This document shows, piece after piece, positions 53,043 through 64,000 of a stretch of DNA of 64,000 bases. This DNA comes from Octopus vulgaris. Taxonomy: Eukaryota. The notes below the pieces were generated by a model, which had not been told where the DNA came from, did no database searches, and saw only the letters and a list, made by a program, of their open reading frames with translations. The DNA lies in the NCBI GenBank assembly GCA_951406725.2, contig OX597815.1, positions 165,044,001-165,108,000 on the forward strand. Reading direction: 5' to 3'. How positions within the stretch are numbered: position 1 is the stretch's first letter; each line of letters starts with the position of its first letter. A program made the position numbers and the translations under genes.

Positions 53043-56000
53043 GAGCTGTCTCTAGGGGGTTTTAAACCAAAATTTCTGAATTACTTTTGCAATAAATTCT
53101 TCTAATCTAGAGAGACTGATACGCCGATAATAAAAAAAAAAACATTTCTTATTTAAGCCATTAATGAGCTCTCTAAACAGTTTGCATATGATTTTTCCAA
53201 TTATATTGCATAGGAATATCCAAGAGTATTGTAATTTGGTTATTTTTAGAGATAATTTTGGGAAATCTAGTCATACCAGTAAATACTGTGTGGCTTCAAC
53301 AAGAGTTGTATAATATAAGAGATGGTGTCTTAGTGTTAACTATGTAATTTTTATATCTACTGTGCACACTTATTTAGTAACATTTTCTCTGGAATTACTT
53401 TTTATTGTTATTGTAGATAAGAGCCAAAAAATAGTAATTAAATTCTCAGAAAATAGTGTAGAGCTCAGTTTCAGCTTTTAGTTTTATGCTATCAATGTTG
53501 TTGGCAATTTTTATCTTATACATGTTTCAGTCATTGGACTGCTGCCATGCTGGGGTTACTACCTTGAAGAGTTTTTTGTCAATCAAAACGAACCCAGTAC
53601 TTATGTTTTATATAAATCTGGTATTTATTTTATCAGTCTCTTTTGCTGAACCACCAAGTTAACAGAGACATAAAACAAACCAGCGCCTATTGTCAAGTGA
53701 TGTGAGGGGAGATAGACAAACACAGGCTCAAAGATACACACATACACATAGCACACACGCAGGTACACACACTCACACACACTCACACACACACACACAT
53801 ACACATATATATATATATACATACACACACACTACATACATATACATACACACATAATACATCTTATATCTTTTGACTTTTACCTGTTTTGGTTGTTAGA
53901 CTGTAGCCATGCTAGAGCAGCATCTTGTAGCATTTTTTAGTCGAATGAATCAACCCCAATTGTTATGGTTACTATGACTTAATGCCCTTTCTAACACCAA
54001 CCACTTTACAGACTGTACAAGGTGCATTTTTTTTTATAACATCAGCACTAGAGTGGTTGTTGTGCCCTCAGCAATGCTAAAGAGGCTCCGCTTGATTTAC
54101 CAATGCCTACAGAGTGTACTAGGTATAGTTTTTCATGGGACTAGCACTAAAGAAGTTGTCATGCCTCCAGCAAGGCTAAAAAGTCAATAACATACATTCA
54201 TACATATGTACATGCATACATAGCATCAAGAAGTTTCAAGAATTTTCATTAGAATGGACTAATATAAAGGGAGCAGCCAGGGAAAGAGGAACCTGTTGGT
54301 CAAACTGTCCCACACTTAGAGTGTGATGATTGCAAACCAGTTTGCCTCCATGAGTTGGCCACACAAGCCATCAACACAAACATGGTGGAGGTGCATGACT
54401 TAGTGGTTAGAGTGTTAGACTCAGGATTCTAAGATTGTGATTCCAGTTCCTGAACTGGGTGACAAGTTGTACTCTTGAGCAAAGCACTTCATTTCATGTT
54501 ACTTCAGCCCCTTCAGCTAGAAAAAAATGAATAATCCGGTGATGGACTGGCATTCTGTCCAAGGGGGAATATATGCATCATGGAAATCAGGAAACTGGCC
54601 CTCTGAGTCTATAAAACTCAGGAGGGATCTTTATTCTTTTTATCTACACAAACAGGGCTGAAAGTCCTCAGTTTAAATCTAACCAATTTCTAGCTGTTAA
54701 TCCATTATAGAATACATGTGGTAGGAAGGCGGTGAGCTGGCAGAAACATTAGTATGCCGGGTGAAATGCTTAGAGGTATTTTGTCTGTCTACGTTCTGAG
54801 TTCAAATTCCACCGAGATTGACTTTGCCTTTCATCCTTCTGGGGTTGATAAATTATGTACCAGTTGCTTACTGAAGTCAATCTAATTGACTGGCCTCCTC
54901 CCCAAAAATTTTGGGCATTGTGCCTAGAGTAGAAAAGAATATATGTGGTAGGGATATTTTCAAACTAATCAGGACTCACATGGCTTGTGAATATACACAA
55001 CAGAGTTTCTGTACAGAAGGAGCGCTTGATTGCAACACATGAATATGTATGCTGTGTCTGCAATAAAAAATGTGAGTCATTTGCTGGCTTTAAAACCAAT
55101 GTAAATCCCATGGTGAATGGAAAAAAAAGAAGAAAGAAATCCAGAAATGAGATAACTTGTCAGTGATCGTCATGTCTGCCTGATGAGTTGACAGCCATCA
55201 AGTATGTATACATGCACATATGTACATATGTATGCAGGTATATTTGTATTATAGTTTGGAGATTTGTAGACCTAAAAGCAAGTTACATAAAGGGTATAAT
55301 GTCCTTGATTTATTTGTTTTTTTCTCTTCCAAAATTCTTCTGCATGAATGGGTATTGAACCTTTCATTTGTGTAAAAAAAATTGATAAACAATAGAATTC
55401 TGTCAACTTCTGACATTGACAAAAACTAGATATTTGAAAATATGTCAACAGAAAAAATATGTATCTGTTAATAAAATGACAAATAGCTTCTCTGTAATCT
55501 TTATTGACCTTTTCCAGTTTTGGAGAATAAAAAAAATATTTGTTTTTTCTCCCCTAACAAAAATAATAACATATATTAAGTGTGTTCTGTTGTGTTGTCA
55601 GTTTAAAATCTCATTCCTTCAGTAGATTTACTTTGACTGAATGAAATGTTATGAAAGGTTTCTAGTTAAGACAACTCAAGGTTAAGCTTTTAAGTGATAG
55701 ATGTTACTGTTAGAATTTTCACACACAACCTTAACATCAACATATGGTTTCTAGATATTATTAGTACAGTAGAGAGATATTAGATTTAAGATTGAAATGT
55801 GATATGGAGAATGCATTATAAGTAAAATCTTGGTTACAAAGGATTGATCTACTATCATCCACAGTTATTCTAAATGACAAAATGAATACAGTTCACATTT
55901 TTTTAGCTTATATTTTCACATACACAACATCTATTTATACAGGTTGGGCCAAAAGTCACACAAAGTTCTATATGCTCAGGAATTGTCAGACATGTTTCAG

Positions 56001-58202
56001 TTTTTCTAAAATTGTATAAAATAAATAAAATAATTATGAATACATATGTACTTATAAATGATGGACAAAATCAATAATGGCTGTGTGGTTAGGGAGCTTG
56101 CTTCCTAGCTACATGGTTTTGGGTTCAGTCCCACCGTGTGGCACTTTGGGCAAGTGTCTTCTGCTATAGCCCCGGGCCGACCGAGGCTTTGTGATTGAAT
56201 TTGATAGGCGGAAGTTACTGCCGTGTGTGTATATGTGTGTATATGTGTGCTTCTCTGAGAAAGAGAGAGAGGGAATCCTTTCTATTTTATGCACAAGGCC
56301 TGAAATTTGGGGGAGGGGGATAGTTGATTACATCAACCCAAGTACTCACTCAACTGGTACTTAATTTATCGACCCTGAAAGGATGAAAGGCAATGTCAAC
56401 ATTGGTGGAATTTGAACTCAGAATGTAAAGACAAAATGCTGCTAAGCAGTTTGCCTGGTGTGCTAAAGATTCTGCCAGCTTGCTATCTTATTAATCATAA
56501 TAATAATGATAATAAAATATATGTAGAATGCCAATGTTTTGGTGCAAGACTTTTGGCCTACCCTGTAGAATATGAATTCATTGTCATTTTAATATCCACT
56601 TTTTCGTACTTGCATGGGTCAGATTGAATTTGTGGAGGCAGCCTTTCTACAATTGGATGCCCTTCCTGTTGCCAACCCTCACCTGTTTCCCAGCAAGGTA
56701 ATATTTCCCCATGGCCAGATGTGTTTTTCACAGGAAACTAGAAATAAACAACTTTACAAGGGTACACACACACACACACACATGACAAGCTTCTTATAGT
56801 TTTTGTCTATCAAATCTACTCACAAGGCTTTGGTTGGCCCAGGACAATAGTAGAGATACTTGCCTAAGGTGTTGTACATTAGAACTGAACCCAACTCTAC
56901 ATTGTTAGAAAGTGAGCTTCTTAACAAAACAGCTATGCTTTCTAAAATAAAATTGGAAATATTTGAAATAAAGACCTATCAGTTTGTTAAATTGTGAAAC
57001 ACAGTTATAAGGATACGAAGTTCAATTTGTTATTGCATGGTCTCAAGTTCTAGTCACTACATTGTGCCTTGGACAAGTGTTTTCTGCTGAACCTTCAGGT
57101 CAACCAATATTTTGTAAGTGCAATTGGTAGATGGAAACTGCACTGAAGCCTGTTGTGTGTTTGTGTGTGTGTGTTTGTGTGCATGTGTGTATGTGAGTGC
57201 GTGTATGCATACTTATATATGTTTATGTAAATGTTCACTTTCCTTGTTCTTCCTTAAGTAGCATTGAGCAAAAAAATGGCGGCATTTACTCTTTTACTCT
57301 TTTACCTGTTTCAGTCACTTGACAGTGGCCATGCTGGAGCACTGCCTTTAGTCGAGCAAATCGGCCCCAGGACTTATTCTTTGTAAGCCTAGTACTTATT
57401 CTATCAGTCTCTTTTTGCTGAACTGCTAAGTTACAGGGACATACACACACCAGCATCAGTTGCCAAGTGATGTTGGGGGGGGGGGTAAAAAACAGACACA
57501 CAAACATATACACACACATACATATATACACATATATATATATACATATATATGACGAGCTTCTTTTCAGTTTCTGTCTACCAAATCCACTCACAAGACT
57601 TTGGTTGGCCCGAGGTTATAGTAGAAGACACTTGCCCAAAGTGTCACACAGTGGGTCTGAACCCAGAACCATGTGGTTCATAAGCAAGCTACTTACCACA
57701 CCGCCACCCCTACGTCTTGACACTTCCTTGTCAATAAATCATTTGTTGGCTCTGTACTTTTGAAGATCAATTGGAATGATAAAGCCATTAAATGAAAAAC
57801 AGATAAAGGATAGTATCAGAAAGGGCATCTGGCTGTAAAACAATGCCTCAATATGTATTTGTCTAACTCATGCTAGCAAGGAAACAAATTGGACATATCG
57901 TCATCATCACATCATCATTTTAGTGTCTACTTTTACATGCTTGCATGGGTTGGACAGAGTTTACTGAAGCAGATTTTTCTTTGACTGGATGCCTTTTCTG
58001 TTGTCAACCCTTAACTGTTTCCAAGCAAGATAATATTTCTCTATGGCCAGACCTGTTTTGCAGAATATTGGAAATGAATGACATTGTTTGACAATGATAT
58101 TCGTTAACAATATCATGCTATTTTAATGCAAGGTGACATAAACATACACACTCACACTCTTATATGCACGCACACACATATGATGGGTTTCTTTCAGTTT
58201 CT

Positions 58203-58621
58203 TATTTCTTTACTGCCCACAAGGGACTACACACGGAGAGGACAAGCAAGGACAGACAAACGGATTAAGTCGATTATATCGCCCCCAGGGTGTAACTGGT
58301 ACTTAATTTACTGACCCTGAAAGGATGAAAAGCAAAGTTGACCTTGGCAGAATTTGAACTCAGAACATAGTGGCAGACGAAATATCTATTTCTTTACTAC
58401 CCACGAGGGGCTAAACACAGAGGGGACAAATAAGGACAGACAAACGGATTAAGTTGATTATATCGACCCCAGGTCGTAACTGGTACTTAATTTATTGATC
58501 CCGAAAGGATGAAAGGCAAAGTCGACCTCGGTGGAATTTGAACTCAGAATGTAGTGGCAGACGAAATACCACTAAGCATTTTTGCCCAGCATGCTAACAT
58601 TTCTGCCAGCTCACCGCCTTA
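58203..58621 (-). mobile_element. SINE family B partial tandem dimer nested in a family A SINE
   Basis: 15-bp TSD tttctttcagtttct at 58188-58202 and 58622-58636; 3' ~180 bp duplicated. Confidence 0.85.
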
Positions 58622-59271
58622 TTTCTTTCAGTTTCTGCCTACCAAATCCACTTACAACACTTCAGTTGGCCCAGAGCTATACTAGAAGATGCTTGCCCCA
58701 GGTGCCATGCAGTGGAATTGAACACAAAACCATGTTGCTGGCAAGAAAAATTCTGAACTACACATCCACACCTGCACCTACCTCTACATTTTCTTTCAAT
58801 GATGATTTATATTGTTGGCTACACATTTACTTACATCTCTGCTTCTGCTAAAAAGATTAAACTTAGATTTGGTAACTAAAAGTTTTCACCAACGTAGATT
58901 TTTTTAAAACTACTTTATTGATCTTTTGTTTATATTTAATTCAATATGTTCAAATGGATTTTTAATCTGATTTACATTTAGTAGTTGTGCATCTGTGTTT
59001 TTTCCCCCCTCAACAAGAAGACATTAAAAGCACATTATGTACTGGCCTGGGGAAGGTCTGTAGCCAAGTAAAGATGTTGGACTCTTGATAAGTTTTGGTT
59101 TTAATTTCCAGACTGAATGATGCATTGTATTCTCAAGCAAAACACTCCATTCTATGTTTTTTTTTTTTCCAGTTACCAAAATAATTTAATGTTATCAATT
59201 TGACATCTGGTGAGTAACACAAAAAGTGCCTGTACAGGCAATGCCAATTTGGTGGAGGGAGTCAGCCCATG

Positions 59272-59472
59272 TATGACAGGGTGCTGAAAATTTCTTGGCT
59301 TTCAGTAAAAGTAAATACTGGAGGATCAGTTATGATTTTATTCAACATATTCCCCTCCCAGATTCACACACTTATTGTAGTTAGTGGTCCTTTGGTTTTC
59401 CTAAGCCCTGTAAAACTCTGAAGGCTGGGCCTCTATCCAGGCCTCCAAGCCAGGAACTTTCCAGTATCCCAT
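59272..59472. mobile_element. Mariner-type MITE; second copy at ~50335-50542
   Basis: TIRs gggtgctgaaaatttcttggctt / aagccaggaactttccagtatccc; shared internal caacatattcccct..cagattcacac. Confidence 0.7.
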
Positions 59473-59652
59473 TGAACAGTGCAAACATTTGATCACTAGA
59501 AGCAAATCAACTGTGCAGGTTTGTCCAATAAAAAATTCTAGAATTGCTTTTCTTGAACCCAAGATGCTCCAACAACAATTATTTGTATTTATGGACACGG
59601 TGTGTTTGTTGTGGAAATGTTTATTATGCATGGTGAATCTGAAGGGTTTATA

Positions 59653-60216
59653 TTGGGTTGTCCAGAAAGTTTGCGCCAATTTTTAAAGGAAAGTAAAAGG
59701 TCAATAAATACTTGCTATTAAATTTTTAATCAACTAAATATGAACCATTTTGTTACCCAATGAGTCTCCATCTTTCCTGTAACTTGAAAATACCCTCTTC
59801 CCAGAATTGAGGTGGTTTCATGGGAAAGAATTCATCAAGGTATCTTTTTATGTCATCCGAGGAATTGAAATTTTTACCATTAAGACTATTCTACAGAGAT
59901 CTGAATAAATGGAAATCTGAAGGAGCAATATCTGGTGAATATGGAAGGTAAGGTAACACATCCCAGCCAAGCTGCAGCAATTTTTGTCTGGTTCCCGAAT
60001 CATCAAGTGCTGAAAATGATCTTTCTTATCTTCCATTTTAAAGGGTTACAAAATTAACAAGTTTTAGGAACATAAACCTTCTTCCACAAAAAGATAGCTT
60101 AAACTGTGCTCTAAATGGAGGTGTAGTGAAATCCTATTTTATGGACTCAACCATGTCCTAAAATAAGTCGAAAGGTTAGCTACTATAAATCAGCATGAAC
60201 TTTCTGGACAACCCAA
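59653..60216 (-). mobile_element. Internally deleted mariner element
   Basis: TA-flanked TIRs ttgggttgtccagaaagtt / aactttctggacaacccaa; minus strand gives MEDKKDHFQHLM fused near LGWDVLPYLPYSPDIAPSDFHLFRSL. Confidence 0.9.
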
Positions 60217-60367
60217 TATTTGTTGCATCCTATACGTCAAGAGTATCAAGTACCCCACACAACTTAAACATTAATAGGTAATATAAGGATTCTCTCTTAG
60301 ACATGCTATTTGGGAGTGACTTAAAATTCAGAAGATTCTGGAGATATGCATGAATTATTACACCAAA

Positions 60368-60913
60368 TGCTGTATTTTCTGGCATGCAAGTCAACATAGT
60401 GTATAGTGTAAACAGTCAAACATTGTCATTATCTTTCCAACTCCTGTTGCATTTTACATGAAACTTTTAGTTCTCCAAAGTTCTTTTGTTCTATAAGTTG
60501 ATCTAATTTTTTTTGGCTGTAAATTTTGGTCTGAAAAATTCAGTTTGTATGTGGGAAAATATGGTAAATTGTCTTGTGCATATTGTCTTGGGTAGAATTA
60601 TATAGTCTTCTATATATAATCTTTAGTGCAGATACATTATAGCCTTGTGTATATAGTCATGTGTGTAGATATACATTCTGTAAATTCTCATCTTGCATTC
60701 ATTCACCTCTCAGAACAGATATACCACATTTTCCAGTATACACATCGAAATAGTATATAGTGTAAACATGTAATTTAGGCATTCAATCATTGTTATTATT
60801 TTTCCAAGTCCTGCTGCATTTCTCATGGAATTTTAGTGTAGAAGTCGAGCTAATTATTTTTTGCTGTAAATTTTGGTTTGTGAAATTTTACTTATATGCC
60901 AGAGAATATGGTG
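60368..60913. mobile_element. Two diverged ~200-bp pogo/Tigger-like MITE copies (60368-60566, 60722-60913)
   Basis: Shared body tatagtgtaaaca...ttccaa.tcctg.tgcattt...gctgtaaattttggt; termini resemble taccgtattttcc / ggaaaatacggta. Confidence 0.55.
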
Positions 60914-61516
60914 TTTTAAACTCTTTAAAAAAAAACTTACAAAAGTCAGCTAACAAATAATAGCAAAGAGAAGCAAAAAATATCTATTTTCAGCAGGGTA
61001 GATTTAGGTAGACAATGACAATATATCTTAGTTTTTACTGCAATAAATATTCAACCATAGAGGGTTTTGTAGAAATTAACTATGTGCAGTATTTTATTTC
61101 TGTGTCTCTAGGTTGTGAATTCAAATTTCATTAATATTGATTTTGTTTCCATCCACATGTGTTGATAGAATAAGTACCAGTAATATATGGTTAATTCATT
61201 TAACTATTCCAATTTTCCTACAGATATTAGTTTTACACTCACTAGAGAAATCAGTCTACATTTTATTAATATTTCTTACCATATGTGGTATGACAGAATA
61301 AGGTTTTTTCTTCCCCTTTTAAAAATTATTAGATTAATGATATTGCATGTAGGCACGGGTATGGCTCTGTGGTAAAACGTTTGTTTCTCAACCATGTGGT
61401 TCTAGATTCAGTCACACTGCATGACACCTTGGGCAAGTCTACTATAATAACCCTGGGCCAATTAAAGCCTTGTGAATGTATTTAGAAGATGGAAACTGAA
61501 AGTAGACCATTGTGTG

Positions 61517-61565
<49 letters not shown>

Positions 61566-61568
61566 ACA

Positions 61569-62375
61569 CAGTGTGAGATGGGTAAATTGTTGCCATTTTA
61601 TATTTTTTATTTTGCAGATGTGCATTGTTTGTTTTCGATTTTGTCAACTACACAGTACAGTAGGGTCAGTTGGGCACTGACTGTGAGAAAAACAGCACCA
61701 TGATGCAATTCACTCTGCCAGAAATTTGAAAATGACATGCTGTATTTCTTGGCATTCACACTGGATGCTCCAAAATGAACATTTCGGAGTGTTTGGTTGT
61801 CAATCTGAAGACATGTACCAAGAGTGATAGAAATCAAACATTCAGTCAACATCATGCTGTGTGTTGTGATCACTAGTGGTGGCGACGTTATGCCTCCATT
61901 CATCTTCCCACACGGCCTCACACTCAACAAGGAGGCCTTCATCAAGTGCCTGGAGGAGATGGTGCTGCCCTGGGGGAAGAGGGTGGCTATTGGAAGACCC
62001 TGTGTCTAACAACAGGCTCTACACCATGTCACACAAGCAGGAGAACCCAGTCATGGGTGTCAGATAATGTCTGCAACCACACCACCCCTAACATCTGGCC
62101 ACCTAACTCCCCAGACTGCAACCCTCTTGATTATTATGTGTGGGGCATAGTTGAGCGAGGGACCAACAAAACTAGTAACACCAAAGATGAAAGGCAAGGG
62201 TTATGGCAGCATTCACCAACTTAAACAGGGAGACTTAACTCTTAAACGTAACAACTTAAACTCTTCCATATTTCAAGACATTTTAATGTAATTTTGGTAA
62301 ATATATGTTAAAAGGAAATGTCAGTGTTATTTTCATTTTTGCATAATTTAGACAACAGTTTATTCACCACACCTT
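61569..62375 (+). mobile_element. maT (DD37D)-like deleted element, same family as 33425-34257
   Basis: KHSVNIMLCVVITSGGDVMPPFIFPHGL; PCHTSRRTQSW...WPPNSPDCNPLDYYVWGIVE; degenerate TIRs. Confidence 0.85.
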
Positions 62376-62377
62376 TT

Positions 62378-62428
<51 letters not shown>

Positions 62429-64000
62429 ACACACACACAAACATACACACATACACTCATACATATATATATAAACACACACACATACACACATATATAT
62501 GTGTTTGTGTGTATGTGTGTGTGTGTGTGTGAATTGTTTGTATTTGTGTTTGTGTTTGTCCCCCACTGCTCCATGACAACTGATATTGGTTTGTTTACAT
62601 CCCATAACCTAGTAGTTCAGCAAAAAGAGGATGATAGAATAAGTACTAAGCTTAAAAATAAAAAACAGTTCTGGGGTCAATTTGTTTGACTAAGTCATTC
62701 AAGGTGGCCCCAGCATAGCTGTAATCCAATGACTGAGACCAGTGAAAAACTAAAAAGTGAAAGGTAAGCCATTGTCAAGGTCAGGCTTACTGTCATTGTC
62801 AAGGTCATCCAGTAAAATCTTTTCTGATAGTACTTCCACTTTCACTCTTATTCTCTTGCTTCCTCCCCTTTCCTCATTTGTCACTCCCACTACCATCTCT
62901 CTCTTGGTTGCAGCATCTGTTTTTCCTCTCCTCTATATCTCTAGAGCAGCATATATTTCACTGTTGCCATCCTCTCTCTCTCTCTGTCTCTGTCTATCTG
63001 TCTGTCTGTCTCTCTCTCTCTGTCTCTTCCATTACATTTCTCAGTCATGTTCTCCAGCTGCTCCCTCCACACCCTCTTCTTTTTTTGTTTCCTATTCTTC
63101 TCTTCTAGTTTCCGAATACACACATACACACACACATACACACACACACACACATACATTCACCACCCCATCAAATATATATTACGACTTCATTGTAAAA
63201 CATAATAAATATGAAAATGAATAAAAAAAAAATATTGACTGCAAAAAAATTTACTACAATTATGAACTTAATCTTTCTCTCCTTTGTGAAAATTCCAATA
63301 GGAATATCAAATACAAATCACATAGAAGAAAAAGAAGAAGAAGAAGAAGAAGAAGACGGAGAAAATAGAAATGAAAGCTTGTTTCAATACTTTCCCCTTT
63401 ACTTAAAAAAAGAATTTAAATAATTTTTTTAAGTAAAAAAAAATAGTTGATATTCTCAAGGATTTTGAAGAAAAAAAAAAGAAAGCAAATTACTTTATAT
63501 TTTTTCTTCTTATTTTATTTAATCTGAGTCTTTTCTTGTGTAATTTTCTTGAACTAGTTATGTCAACTTTCAGCAGGAATAAATTATGAAATAAATAAAT
63601 AAATAAATAAATAATCATTACCAGAATGATCAACCTCCATCTCAGCACCAAGACAACTATCACCTCACCACCACTTACACCATAACTAAAATCATCACCC
63701 AATCAAAAGCACATTCCCCCACTCAAACCCCCCAAAATAACAACTGCTGACATTGACACTAGCTCCAATACAAGCAATACAACCACAAATTCTGTCGCTT
63801 GCAGCCTCACCAAAATATTCTGACCAGTGTTAACCATTGTCATCATCACCTGCTTTTAACAATATTTTCCATACTGGCATTTCCATACGGGCATGTGTTT
63901 GACAGTTTGTGTTGGGGAACTGTACCAAACTTTCTAGCACCAAGCACTTTACAAAGTGTACTGGGTGCTTCATATGTGGCACCAACACCAATGAAGTCAC

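Overview
AT-rich, microsatellite-dense animal genomic DNA. The repeat families and a mollusc-type 5S remnant point to a coleoid cephalopod, most likely Octopus (inference). One host gene is recognisable: two minus-strand coding exons (30440-30586 and 17449-17672) splice in phase into a 10-cysteine Ly6/three-finger (quiver/sleepless-like) protein with a GPI-type tail; the signal-peptide exon was not found. The rest is mostly transposon material: a young 5'-truncated RTE LINE with a PHD-like finger inside its RT, tRNA-derived SINEs, maT/mariner/hAT/TTAA-type DNA elements, a Penelope-like RT remnant, and 5S and tRNA-Arg pseudogenes. The most striking signal is a set of at least ten sequence-diverse non-coding inserts, mostly in (TA)n tracts and concentrated in the 12.8-kb intron. 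They carry type I hammerhead ribozyme motifs with palindromic helix III and occur either as long foldback palindromes with a fixed outward polarity or as direct-repeat-bounded monomers of 362, 417 and 588 bp, resembling Penelope pLTRs and retrozymes. All coordinates and folds were read by eye; nothing was aligned or folded computationally.
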